DNA of 34,350 nucleotides from Promethearchaeota archaeon. Lineage in GTDB: Archaea > Asgardarchaeota > Lokiarchaeia > Sigyniarchaeales > SOKP01. The stretch covers positions 1 through 34,350 of the forward strand of contig JAEOTZ010000090.1 of assembly GCA_016839585.1 (NCBI GenBank), read 5' to 3'. The stretch's first letter is position 1. Each line of letters starts with the position of its first letter. The position numbers and the translations under genes were made by a program. This document shows positions 18,360 to 28,374 of this stretch, piece after piece. Under the pieces are notes generated by a model that saw only the letters and a program-made list of their open reading frames with translations, did not search any database and was not told where the DNA came from.

Positions 18360-18417
18360 ATAGTTAAATTGTAAAAGGTTAAATCGTACATGAAGTGAAA
18401 TATGATGATTCTTTATT

Positions 18418-20184
18418 ATGGATGAGGAAGAAATAAAAAAAATCCTTTGGATTGCAGGTTTGAAAAATGCACTTAAATTTAATGGGATTCCAAATAAAAG
18501 AGCTATAATGGGAAAACTTATGGCTCAAATGACTGAACTTAGATCCCACGTAAAAAAAGTTAATCCTATATTAGATGAGATCATAGCGAAAATTTCAAAC
18601 CTAAGTTTTGAGGAACAGAAAAGAAAATTATTGAAATTGGATCCCCATGCCTTAGATAAAGAAGAATCAAGGGAAGAAAGGAAAGAATTGCCAGATTTAC
18701 CTGAACTTGATAAATATTCTAAAGTTGTAATGCGCTTAGCACCATACCCGAGCGGAGCATTGCATATTGGAAATGCTAGAATGGTTGTTTTAAATGATGA
18801 ATATATAAAAAAATATAAGGGAGAACTTATCTTATTTTACGATGATACTATCGGGAGCCCTAAATCATTAAGAGATAGTCCTAAGGCAAAATATGTATTA
18901 CCAGAATCTTATGATTTAATAAAAGACGGACTTGAATGGCTAGGAGTTAAGATACATAAAATTTATTATAAAAGCGATAGGCTTGATGTTTTTTATGAAT
19001 ATTGCGAAAAATTAATTAAAGATAAGATGGCATATGTTTGTTTCTGTAATGCTGGTGAATTTAGAGAAAAATATAAAAAATTAAAAAAGAGTTGCCCCCA
19101 TAGAAATCAGTTAGTAGAACGAAACATGCAGGAATGGCAAAATATGTTGCATGGTAAGTACAGAGAAACTGAAGCAGTTGTAAGATTGAAAACTGGAATG
19201 GATCAAAAAGATCCTGCATTGAGAGATCAAGTAATCATGAGAATATCTGAAGCAGAACATCCTAAAGTAGGGACACAATACATTGTATGGCCAATGTTAG
19301 AGTTTAGTTGGTCCATCGATGACTACCTTATCGGTGCTACACACATTCTTAGAGGGATAGATTTAGTAAAAGAAGGTATTATTGAAGAGTTTATATGGGA
19401 CCATTTTGGTTGGAAAAAAGCCAAATTACTTTATTATGGCAGACTTAATTTCCCTGGTTTAAAATTAAGTAAAACTGAAGCACGAAATAACATTCAGAAA
19501 GGAATTTATCAAGGGTGGGAAGATCCAAGAACTTGGAGCTTGCAATCTTTAGAAAAACGTGGTATTAAACCGGAAGCATTGAGAGAAACTTTATTGGATC
19601 TTGGAATGTCTACAACAGGGATAACTTTTTCAGTAAATTGGTTATATGCTAAAAATAAAGATATGATTGATGAGATTTCAAATAGATATTTCTTTGTTGA
19701 GAATCCTATTTCAATTCTTATTGACGAAGTTCCTTTCTTAGAATATACCGCAGAACCTCTTCTTTTACCAACAAAGCCTGAAAAAGGTAAAAGAAAAATT
19801 AATATTATTTCCAAAAATAATAAATTAGAATTATATATTTCACAATCTGATGTAAGGGGCTTTAAAATTGGTGAAACAATACGTCTAAAAGATTTAATTA
19901 ATGTACATATTAATTCAATTGATTTAAATAATAGGATTATAAACGCGAAATATTATAGCACCCAATTAGATAGAGAACAGGGCTTTCCTATAATACAATG
20001 GGTTCCTAAAGAAGACAATATAAATGTTTCTATAACTAATCCTGATGGTTCTATATCTCATGGTTATGGAGAAATAAACCTCTTAAATATTCCTATGAAT
20101 AATCCAATCCAGCTCGAAAGATATGCTTTTGTAAATCCCATAAAAATGGAGAATGACACTTTATTTTGTTATTTTACTCATTAG
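18418..20184 (+). CDS. gltX: Glutamyl-tRNA synthetase, archaeal type
   Basis: MRLAPYPSGALHIGNAR (HIGH), THILRG, KLSKT (KMSKS), WEDPRTWSL, C-terminal IIQWVP and IQLERYAF. Confidence 0.96.
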   Translation: MDEEEIKKILWIAGLKNALKFNGIPNKRAIMGKLMAQMTELRSHVKKVNPILDEIIAKISNLSFEEQKRKLLKLDPHALDKEESREERKELPDLPELDKYSKVVMRLAPYPSGALHIGNARMVVLNDEYIKKYKGELILFYDDTIGSPKSLRDSPKAKYVLPESYDLIKDGLEWLGVKIHKIYYKSDRLDVFYEYCEKLIKDKMAYVCFCNAGEFREKYKKLKKSCPHRNQLVERNMQEWQNMLHGKYRETEAVVRLKTGMDQKDPALRDQVIMRISEAEHPKVGTQYIVWPMLEFSWSIDDYLIGATHILRGIDLVKEGIIEEFIWDHFGWKKAKLLYYGRLNFPGLKLSKTEARNNIQKGIYQGWEDPRTWSLQSLEKRGIKPEALRETLLDLGMSTTGITFSVNWLYAKNKDMIDEISNRYFFVENPISILIDEVPFLEYTAEPLLLPTKPEKGKRKINIISKNNKLELYISQSDVRGFKIGETIRLKDLINVHINSIDLNNRIINAKYYSTQLDREQGFPIIQWVPKEDNINVSITNPDGSISHGYGEINLLNIPMNNPIQLERYAFVNPIKMENDTLFCYFTH

Positions 20185-20268
20185 AGCTAAAAAATATTAA
20201 GTTACTTTTTAGTAATACTTCAAAATATCTTGATATGATAAATTCAATACAAATATTTTAATATTTAA

Positions 20269-22236
20269 TTGTCAAATGTATATTTTAAGAATAGTAACTC
20301 AATTTTAATTGTGATATTTAAAGTGTCATTTCTTCCATGTAAAAGGTGTGGAAATGGTCTGGCGGCTGTAAAAGGTTCTATTGTCCAGTGTTTTTATTGT
20401 AAAACAAGTAATTTATATATGGAATCAGTCTACGCACACAAGAATTATATAACTGAAATTTTGAATATCACATCAATTAAAAATAAGAGAAAAATTAATA
20501 CTAATGAAATAGAAAGAAGAAAATCGTTAATTGAGTCTTATTTTCAGAAGTTAAATCTTAGTTTTAATGAATATAGACATTTAATCATAACAAAATTAAA
20601 TGATATTGATGTTAATCCAGCAAAACTATTTAAATTGATACGTGCTGCTGGTAATTTAGAAATAATAATAGAAAATTACTTATTAATCTATATAAAAGAA
20701 GAAAACTCTAGAAGTAAATTTCAAAAAATAAGAGATCTTACATACATAATAAATAAATCATTATTGGGTTTGTATTATAGCTATTTAGCTAAAAAATCAA
20801 TAAGATTAAAAGACTGTCATAAGTACTATCAGCTTACTGAGAGAAGCTATCAGAATATTGTTGATTATTGCAAAATAACGCAATTTGAGGATCATAACTT
20901 TAATTTAGCTAAGGAGGAAAAATTATACTCTGTACTTGTTAATTTTATCATTATTTTAAGAAATGTTTTAACTGAAAATCCTCGATACTTCTCAGAAAAA
21001 CTTAAAGATCTCCTAAAAGAGTTAAATCATATTGAAGAAAAGAATATTCAGATATTTAATTTATATTCACAAATTGAACAAATATATCAATTAGAAAGAG
21101 ATACTTGTCTTGTATTAGAAAAGGTAAAAGTCATCGATCCAATTGTTTCGATTGAATCTTTTAAAGAGAATTTAATCTTTAATACAGAAAAAAATCTTAA
21201 TGAGCTACATGATTTTAAAAATTTAATTAATGATGTTTCAAAAAAATACCAGAAATATCAAAGGACGCTCTTAAAATTACATTCTGGGCAATTAATTGAT
21301 TATTTAGAATCATATCGTACTGAATTTATCGATTACAAAAATAAGAATATTCAAAAATTCGATGATTTATTAGATGATATGATAAGTAAAGCGTTTGAAG
21401 ATTATAACTTAGAAGCAATTGAGGTTTTAGATACACTAAGCGACTTTATACGGATTGACATTTATAACGATAAAATTATCCAGAGATTTGAAATTGAACG
21501 TGAAGATCTAATGAAATTAGATGAATTATTAAAGAATTTTATTGATAATCTGTTTAAAAAACCTCTTCTTAGAAACCTTGAATCTGGATATTATAAAAAA
21601 TTGATGTCATTTATTTCAGGTAAACATACAGAATTTGATAATTATATCTCGAAATACATCAACCGTTTATTAAACGATTTTGTAGATTTTAGAAGTAAGA
21701 ATATCCTTTCAATTGAAGAACAGAGAAATCAGTTTAGCTCAAAATTAAAGCCTAATCTTCAAAAACTTGTTGATATGAGCTTTAATTTAAATGAAGAATA
21801 TGTACCATATCCCCTTTTTATAGATATTGATATTCAAAATCATAGTTTTAAGGTAAATAATCCCGATATTATAACTCTTATAATTGAAAATCCTAATCTA
21901 ACTGATATAAAAAATATAAAGATATATTTCTTTATGCCTAACTCTTTTCAATCAAAATTAAAATTTTTAAGTTTAAATAAGTTAAAAGCAAATGAAAGGA
22001 GAAAATTAAAAATAAAAATTGTCCCTAAGGAAAAAGGAATTTTTCCTTTTATGGTAATGATTGAATATCAACATTCAAATAAGACTTTTTGGATGCCATC
22101 AATTAAACTTAAATTAAAAGTAGAAGAAATTATAAAAATTGAGAATCCTAAATTGCTAAGTAAAGATCTCTATCATGATTTTCTTAGGACAGATGAAGTT
22201 ATGCAATTATTAAGATTAATGAGAAGTTTATATTAA
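20269..22236 (+). CDS. Large hypothetical protein: N-terminal Zn ribbon, long helical body, C-terminal Ig-like (CARDB-like) domain
   Basis: CKRCG...CFYC; C-terminal ITLIIENPNLTDIKNIKIYF...LKANERRKLKIKIVPKEKGIFPFMVMIEY beta-sandwich pattern. Likely start is GTG 20323 after a GTGAT SD-like motif. Confidence 0.75.
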   Translation: MSNVYFKNSNSILIVIFKVSFLPCKRCGNGLAAVKGSIVQCFYCKTSNLYMESVYAHKNYITEILNITSIKNKRKINTNEIERRKSLIESYFQKLNLSFNEYRHLIITKLNDIDVNPAKLFKLIRAAGNLEIIIENYLLIYIKEENSRSKFQKIRDLTYIINKSLLGLYYSYLAKKSIRLKDCHKYYQLTERSYQNIVDYCKITQFEDHNFNLAKEEKLYSVLVNFIIILRNVLTENPRYFSEKLKDLLKELNHIEEKNIQIFNLYSQIEQIYQLERDTCLVLEKVKVIDPIVSIESFKENLIFNTEKNLNELHDFKNLINDVSKKYQKYQRTLLKLHSGQLIDYLESYRTEFIDYKNKNIQKFDDLLDDMISKAFEDYNLEAIEVLDTLSDFIRIDIYNDKIIQRFEIEREDLMKLDELLKNFIDNLFKKPLLRNLESGYYKKLMSFISGKHTEFDNYISKYINRLLNDFVDFRSKNILSIEEQRNQFSSKLKPNLQKLVDMSFNLNEEYVPYPLFIDIDIQNHSFKVNNPDIITLIIENPNLTDIKNIKIYFFMPNSFQSKLKFLSLNKLKANERRKLKIKIVPKEKGIFPFMVMIEYQHSNKTFWMPSIKLKLKVEEIIKIENPKLLSKDLYHDFLRTDEVMQLLRLMRSLY

Positions 22237-22327
22237 TTCTATTATTTTAAACTAACTTTTTAACTGAAATTTTTATAATTTGAAATATAAAATTTTTTGT
22301 AAATGAATTTATTCTTATAACTTAACA

Positions 22328-23455
22328 ATGAGTGATAAAGAAGAAAAAGAAGAAGATCTTATTAAGTCTCAAGATAATGTAGAGAGTATTGAAAGCAAAG
22401 ATTGGTTATATTGTCCAATATGTGGAAGTGAACTTCCAAAAATCAAAAATCTTAAATTTTGTATAAAGTGTCGGACAAATATTACATATATTAAAGAACA
22501 TAAAAAATTTCCACCTAGAAAGACTCCTAGTCAGCATATTAGAACCATATCGTATCCCCAATACTATCCTTCTAAAATTCATTATGGAATTGAAAAGATT
22601 TCTGATGAAAATATCACTAAAACAAAAGATTTGAAATTATGGGGGATAATGACTTCTCTTGGTTTACCAATAGGAGCATATATACTTATGAGTTTCTTAG
22701 CTGCAGGATTTCTTGCAATGATAGCGTTTTTTACTACTGATTTGGAAAGTTTAAATGATTTAATGTACAATCCATTCTTTATAATTTTTTCATCTTTTTT
22801 TGAACTGGTCTTTATTCTTGTACCTGTAATATATGTTGGAAAGTATCTCCAAACACCTTCTTTTGAAAATCGATTAATTTTGTTAGGATTTACTTCCCGA
22901 GGATATGAGAGAAAAGGAATTTATAAAGAAGTATTAATTGGCTTAGCTTTTGCAGCAATTGGAATAATAGTAGTAGTTGTATCTTCAATATTTATAGAAA
23001 TTATTTTAGAAATAATTTTTGGAGTTGATATTATACGTGATGCTAGTGGTACTACAACTGATGTCGAAATAATAGTCTCATCATTAGATATTTTCAGTTT
23101 AATTATCTTCGCCATCGTAATGATTTTAATCATAGGGACATCTGAGGAAATATTATTTAGGGGATTTATGCAAAAAGGACTAGTGCGGAATTTAGGAAAT
23201 ATTTGGGGCATTATAATTTCAGCATTAATATTTTCAATGTTTCATTTAATTGGATTTTTTTTTATTGTCTCAGAATCTCCATTAGCTTTTGTAGTTTCAT
23301 TTTTATTGTCATTTATTCCTTATTTCTCCATTTCCTTAATGATAGGATGGCTTTATTACTGGAGAAATGAAAATTTAATTGCAGTGGTTATAACTCATGG
23401 AGTATATGATGCTATAACAATAACTTTAGCGTTTATAGTTTATGGAATGGTTTAA
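22328..23455 (+). CDS. CPBP (CAAX type II/Abi) intramembrane metalloprotease with N-terminal double zinc ribbon
   Basis: SEEILFRG, FSMFH, THGVYD motifs; CPICG...FCIKC at the N-terminus. Confidence 0.92.
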   Translation: MSDKEEKEEDLIKSQDNVESIESKDWLYCPICGSELPKIKNLKFCIKCRTNITYIKEHKKFPPRKTPSQHIRTISYPQYYPSKIHYGIEKISDENITKTKDLKLWGIMTSLGLPIGAYILMSFLAAGFLAMIAFFTTDLESLNDLMYNPFFIIFSSFFELVFILVPVIYVGKYLQTPSFENRLILLGFTSRGYERKGIYKEVLIGLAFAAIGIIVVVVSSIFIEIILEIIFGVDIIRDASGTTTDVEIIVSSLDIFSLIIFAIVMILIIGTSEEILFRGFMQKGLVRNLGNIWGIIISALIFSMFHLIGFFFIVSESPLAFVVSFLLSFIPYFSISLMIGWLYYWRNENLIAVVITHGVYDAITITLAFIVYGMV

Positions 23456-23475
23456 AATTTTAACCAACTTGAAAG

Positions 23476-24336
23476 ATGAACATCTTAAGTAAATTCAAAT
23501 CAAAAGCAAAAGGAAAGACGGCTAAAATAGGAGTAGGCTTAGGAACCTCAAAGTTTCACATCAATAAAGTATTCAATGCTACGATTAAATTTCTTAATGA
23601 GAATAATTCAAAAATTTATTTTTATGGGATAAAAGACTCAATTGAGCTAATTAGAAATACAGAATTATATAATGAATACGAATCTAGGATTTCGTTAATC
23701 AAAACAAATGAACCAGAGAAAGAAATGATAGAGAGTCTTATAAGCAAAAAAATAAATGGAATTATTCGTGGTTCACTAGATTCCCACCAATTTCTTAGTA
23801 TGGTTAAAAAAAATTTATACATTAAAGAAGTAAATCGGTTAGCACTATTAGAGACATCCAATGGAATCCAATTTTTTTTTGGACCAGTAGGTATAGATGA
23901 GTGTAATACCTTTGAAAAGAAAATTAGTTATATAAGAAAAGCTATAAATGAGTTTACGAATTTAAAAATTGAACCAAAAATTAGCATTTTAAGTGGTGGG
24001 AGAAAAAACGATTATAGCAGAGATGAAAGTGTAGATAAAACAATTCATATTGCTAATGATGTAGTTAAATTTATACAAGAAGAATATCCAGATATAAAAA
24101 TTACTCATGATGAAATTTTAATAGAAAATGCTATTGAGAAGGGTTCAAATTTAATTATAGCACCAGATGGGATCTCTGGAAACTTAATCTATCGGACATT
24201 AGTTCACTTAGGTGGAGGAAATGCGTATGGAGCAATTTATATGGGATTAAATAATATTATAATAGATACTTCAAGAGTAGGAAACATTTCTGAAATTCAA
24301 GGGGCCTTACTTTTAGCGGTAGCATTATCAAAATAG
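23476..24336 (+). CDS. mtxX: MtxX/Mmp4 family protein (methanogenesis marker 4; phosphotransacetylase-like fold)
   Basis: IIRGSL, RLALLE, FFGPVGIDE, ILSGGR..DYSR...VDKTI, EILIENAI, APDGISGNLIYRTL, IIDTSR. Confidence 0.85.
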   Translation: MNILSKFKSKAKGKTAKIGVGLGTSKFHINKVFNATIKFLNENNSKIYFYGIKDSIELIRNTELYNEYESRISLIKTNEPEKEMIESLISKKINGIIRGSLDSHQFLSMVKKNLYIKEVNRLALLETSNGIQFFFGPVGIDECNTFEKKISYIRKAINEFTNLKIEPKISILSGGRKNDYSRDESVDKTIHIANDVVKFIQEEYPDIKITHDEILIENAIEKGSNLIIAPDGISGNLIYRTLVHLGGGNAYGAIYMGLNNIIIDTSRVGNISEIQGALLLAVALSK

Positions 24337-24350
24337 GCTTGTTTAATGTA

Positions 24351-26813
24351 TTATTTTTGAATTAAAACTTTTGAGAAAAACACTTTATCCTTATCTAATT
24401 TTATTGCTTCACCAATAATTTTGAATTGACTTTTTAATTTCACATCTCTTTGCGAAAGTAAGTCGGTCATAAGATCTAACTGTTTTGAACTATGGATTGA
24501 ATGGATGCTACCGACATAGACATCAATATTACCAGGTTCTACAATACATTCCATGTTTTCATTATAAAATCCCAGTTGCTTCATTGAAATAACAAATTTT
24601 ATTGATGCAATTTCTCCTGGTTCTAAAGTTATCCGTTTAAATCCAACTAATTCTTCAATAGGACGAGTAATAGTAGCCTCTCGATCATGAAAATACAACT
24701 GAATTATCTCATCACCACGAAGCTTACCAATATTTTTAACTTTCAAGGAAATTTCTACTTCTTCATTAATATCAACTTGAGGTTTATTGATCCTTAAATC
24801 ACTATATTCAAATTGGGTATAACTTAAACCATATCCAAAAGGAAATAGCGGTTCTGTATTCTCTTCAACATAGTTCCATGTTACTACTGATAAATTTCCA
24901 GTAGGTTTGTGATTATGAAAAACTGGGATCTGTCCTACATTACGAGGAATAGATATTGGTAATTTTCCTCCTGGATTATAATCACCAAATAACACATCTG
25001 CTACAGCATCAGCTCCTTGCTCACCAGGTAACCAAGCTTCTAAAATTGCAGGAATGTGTTCCTTTTCCCATGGAATTGATAATGGACGACCGTTGATTAA
25101 TACTAACACTATTGGAGTACCTGTAGCATAGATTTCCTGGACTAAATCTTCTTGCAAACCAGGTAATGTAAGCCTAGTACGATCACGAAACTCACCACTG
25201 GTACAATCCTTTATCATTCCTGATTTTCCTCCCATAACTAGAATCGCAACCTCAGCTTTTTTGGCAATTTCAATTGCTTCATTAAACCCTTTCTTATCAT
25301 ATTCAAGAATTTCACACCCTTTAGCATAGTATATTTTAGTACTTTTAGAAACCTTTTGTTTTATAGCTTCTAATATGCTTTTGATATTGTAAATACTGCG
25401 AGTAAATGCATCTTTATCATTGCTCTCTATTAAATCTCTATAAAGAGATACAGTTTCTTCATCAAGATCACCTAAAGTACTTACATCTGCAAAAGAAGCT
25501 TCAAATTGACTTATAAAAGTATAATCACCAAAAAGATTTCGTATACTATTTGCATTTGGGCCAATAATAGCAATAGATTTCATATTTTTCTTTAGAGGTA
25601 AGAGATTATTTTCATTGTTTAGTAAGATCATAGATTTAAGAGCTATTTTTTTAGCTAGAACCTTAGCTTCTGGATTTAAAAAAGTTTCCGCAATGATTTC
25701 GGGATTATCATCAATATATGGATTCTCGAATAACCCAAGTTCAAACTTCTTTTTCAAAACTCGAGCAACAGACCTATTCACTATCTTTTCATCTATTTCT
25801 CCATTTTTAACAGCTCTAATAAATCCCCTACCATATCCCGCGGTTCTGGGAAGCTCTACATCAAGACCTGCTTTTATTGCTAGAATTGCCGCTTCAGTTG
25901 AATCCTTAGCTATTCGGTGTATTAAACATGCAAGTTCAAGGGTAACATAATCTGAAACGACTATACCAGTAAAACCTAATTTATCCCTTAACAAATCTGT
26001 CAATAATTCATGTGATATACCACATGGAATTCCATCAATTTCATGATAAGCATTCATAATTGAACCGATATTAGATTCCACTATTGCTGCTTCAAATGGT
26101 TTTGCATATACTTCCAATAACTCTCTTTTAGGGATAAATGCTGGTCCCCAATTTCTCCCCCCCTGTGGTAACCCATGCCCCAAAAAATGTTTCCCTGTTG
26201 CAATAATTCCAGTCTTAAGTGAATCACCTTGTATCCCCTTTACATATGCAACCCCCATACGAGATACTAAATACGGGTCCTCTCCAAATGTTTCTTCCGT
26301 TCTACCCCATCTTGGATCACGAGCTATATCAAGAACGGGAGAAAGAGCTTGATGAGCACCAACAATACGCATCTGTTTACTAATTATTTTTGTCATAGCT
26401 TCAACAATCTCTGGATCCCATGTAGAAGCAACTCCAATGATTTGTGGAAAAACTGTTCCCTCTCTTGAAGTAAAGCCACATAAACATTCTTCATGAATTA
26501 TTGTTGGTATTCCTAACCGTGTTTTTTCCTTTAAAAATTTCTGTATGCCATTTGCAATTTTTACAGATTTTTTAGGGGGTAGATTCATAAGTCCTCCAAT
26601 TCGAGAAATTTGACCAATACCATGCTTAAATTTTGTTTCCATTTTTTCGATCGATAACTCTTGGGACTCTAATACAGCCTTTGGGTACTGAGAACCAAGT
26701 TGTGCCACCTTTTCTTCAATAGTCATCCTTGAGAGGAGATCCTCTACTCTTTTTTCAATTGGTTGAGAAGAATCTAAATAGAGTTTTCTATCATTTTTCT
26801 TATCTAAATTCAT
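24351..26813 (-). CDS. Glycoside hydrolase family 3 beta-glucosidase/beta-xylosidase (BglX-like) with FnIII-like domain
   Basis: RLGIP, ARDPRWGRTEETFGEDPYL, KHF, GIVVSDY (nucleophile Asp), SGEFRDR, PLFPFGYGLSYT. No signal peptide evident. Confidence 0.95.
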   Translation of the reverse strand: MNLDKKNDRKLYLDSSQPIEKRVEDLLSRMTIEEKVAQLGSQYPKAVLESQELSIEKMETKFKHGIGQISRIGGLMNLPPKKSVKIANGIQKFLKEKTRLGIPTIIHEECLCGFTSREGTVFPQIIGVASTWDPEIVEAMTKIISKQMRIVGAHQALSPVLDIARDPRWGRTEETFGEDPYLVSRMGVAYVKGIQGDSLKTGIIATGKHFLGHGLPQGGRNWGPAFIPKRELLEVYAKPFEAAIVESNIGSIMNAYHEIDGIPCGISHELLTDLLRDKLGFTGIVVSDYVTLELACLIHRIAKDSTEAAILAIKAGLDVELPRTAGYGRGFIRAVKNGEIDEKIVNRSVARVLKKKFELGLFENPYIDDNPEIIAETFLNPEAKVLAKKIALKSMILLNNENNLLPLKKNMKSIAIIGPNANSIRNLFGDYTFISQFEASFADVSTLGDLDEETVSLYRDLIESNDKDAFTRSIYNIKSILEAIKQKVSKSTKIYYAKGCEILEYDKKGFNEAIEIAKKAEVAILVMGGKSGMIKDCTSGEFRDRTRLTLPGLQEDLVQEIYATGTPIVLVLINGRPLSIPWEKEHIPAILEAWLPGEQGADAVADVLFGDYNPGGKLPISIPRNVGQIPVFHNHKPTGNLSVVTWNYVEENTEPLFPFGYGLSYTQFEYSDLRINKPQVDINEEVEISLKVKNIGKLRGDEIIQLYFHDREATITRPIEELVGFKRITLEPGEIASIKFVISMKQLGFYNENMECIVEPGNIDVYVGSIHSIHSSKQLDLMTDLLSQRDVKLKSQFKIIGEAIKLDKDKVFFSKVLIQK

Positions 26814-26908
26814 ATCGTTTCAACATTAATTTATAATTAATTCCCTAAATTCCATTAATATTAGTAAATATGACTTTACTTTAAAAATTAATAAATTGAA
26901 TTATTGAT

Positions 26909-26928
26909 CGTGAAATTTAGGTTTCACG
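26909..26928. promoter_or_regulatory. Palindrome CGTGAAA-N6-TTTCACG upstream of the GH3 gene (operator or terminator hairpin)
   Basis: Perfect 7-bp inverted repeat about 95 bp upstream of the GH3 start and 37 bp downstream of the previous gene's stop. Confidence 0.4.
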
Positions 26929-26965
26929 TACTTTCAAAAGAAAAAGAAAAAAAAATGTTTTAAAA

Positions 26966-27271
26966 CTAACTAAGGGCTCCTACAAAAGCCGCAAGGAGTA
27001 CAATTATTCCTCCAATTAGTATACCAAAAATTATTAAAAAAAGTCCAATTACCCCCAAAATAGCAGGAGTATAATGAATCGGTTTAAACCCTAAAAAAAT
27101 AGCTATTATAGCAATTATGAGAGCAATTACTCCACCTGCAATACCCAGCAGTCCCCATTTAAATACTCCAAAGCCAGCTAAATTTAAAATCGCTTCAATA
27201 ACTCCCACTATTCCCCCAATAATAGCTAAACCACGCATGGTTTTATCTGCTTCTTGAATTGCACTAAACAT
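26966..27271 (-). CDS. Small Gly-rich membrane protein (3-4 TM)
   Basis: 101 aa, almost entirely hydrophobic with several GG/GxxG motifs. Confidence 0.75.
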   Translation of the reverse strand: MFSAIQEADKTMRGLAIIGGIVGVIEAILNLAGFGVFKWGLLGIAGGVIALIIAIIAIFLGFKPIHYTPAILGVIGLFLIIFGILIGGIIVLLAAFVGALS

Positions 27272-27397
27272 ATGATCACAAAATGATTTAATTTTATTAA
27301 AAAATAGCTTTTACCTACTTAAAAATCTATACTAAATTTGACAATTCTTAAGAATATAATTTCTATTTTTTATTAATAATATAAAAAGCTAGTAAAA

Positions 27398-27530
27398 TGG
27401 GAGAGGGGGGATTTGTTCGGAATGCCCGAAACGGGAAATTCGTTGAACCCCCGACCACTCGGCTTCTGAAAACTCAGCAAATGCAGAGATTACCCCAGCC
27501 GAGTATCATACCAATCTAGACTACCCTCCC
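27398..27530 (-). tRNA. tRNA-Pro(GGG) with two introns: 37/38 (27464-27492, 29 nt) and 58/59 (27413-27442, 30 nt)
   Basis: Reverse complement gives acceptor GGGAGGG/CTCTCCC-A, anticodon stem CTCGG/CCGAG with loop CT-GGG-G^G, and T arm GGGGG-TTCAA^AT-CCCCC. 74 nt spliced; BHB helices CTGG/TCAG and GTTC/GAAC. Confidence 0.93.
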
Positions 27531-27688
27531 CGGGTAAGAAAGGGTTTTAAAAGTTATGATATGAATTGTAAATGCTCTTAATTAAAAAACATTTCTGAGA
27601 ATCTTTATATTTTAAACCAATAATTTTTATATTTCTTAGAGGGTTTTTTATCTTATATTTTTTCAAAATTTTTCACTTAATGATTTAA

Positions 27689-27985
27689 ATGCGTTCACGT
27701 AAACCGTTTATAATTTTTTGGCCTGCTTATTTCGATGCAAAAAAAAGCAGAGCCGAAGGAAGGCGTATTTCTAAAAAATTCGCAATTGAAAGAATGAGCA
27801 CCGAGTCTCTACTTAAAGCTGCAAAACGATTGGGATACAATGTTCAACTTGAGGAAGGTTATAACTATCCAAGAACATGGTGGGACGATCCAGGGAGAGT
27901 TTTAATAGATATTAAGGGAAAGAAAAAATCAAAAGTGATGCTAGAGATAGCAAAAGAAATTAGAAAAATGCAAACAAAAAATTAA
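27689..27985 (+). CDS. srp19: Signal recognition particle 19 kDa protein
   Basis: IFWPAYFDAKKSRAEGRRISK, YPRTWW..PGRVLI, KKSKVMLEIA. Confidence 0.95.
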   Translation: MRSRKPFIIFWPAYFDAKKSRAEGRRISKKFAIERMSTESLLKAAKRLGYNVQLEEGYNYPRTWWDDPGRVLIDIKGKKKSKVMLEIAKEIRKMQTKN

Positions 27986-27994
27986 ATTCTATAA

Positions 27995-28366
27995 ATGCAC
28001 GAATTTGCTTTTGCCTATAATATTTTTAAAGTAGCTGAAGCTACAGCATTGAAATATAATGCAAAAAAGATCTCGGAAGTTCTTCTTGAAATTGGAGAAT
28101 TGACTTTAATTGTTCCTGACCTTCTTCGACGATCATTTGAAATGGCTACTAAAGGTTCAATAGCAGAAGGAGCAATACTAAATATTAAAATAATTCCGGG
28201 AAAAGTTAAATGTCGAGAATGTAATAAAAATTCGGAAGTATCTTTAACAAGAGAGGCTCAGTTAACTGGACTTCAACTTTTTAGATGTAAATATTGTGGA
28301 AGTAATAATACTGAGATTATCGAAGGTAAAAAAGCAAACGTTAAAAACATTAAAATTCAAGAATAA
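27995..28366 (+). CDS. hypA: Hydrogenase maturation nickel metallochaperone HypA
   Basis: N-terminal MHE Ni-binding motif, EIGELT, CRECN...CKYCG, IIEGK. Confidence 0.93.
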   Translation: MHEFAFAYNIFKVAEATALKYNAKKISEVLLEIGELTLIVPDLLRRSFEMATKGSIAEGAILNIKIIPGKVKCRECNKNSEVSLTREAQLTGLQLFRCKYCGSNNTEIIEGKKANVKNIKIQE

Positions 28367-28374
28367 GTTAAATT

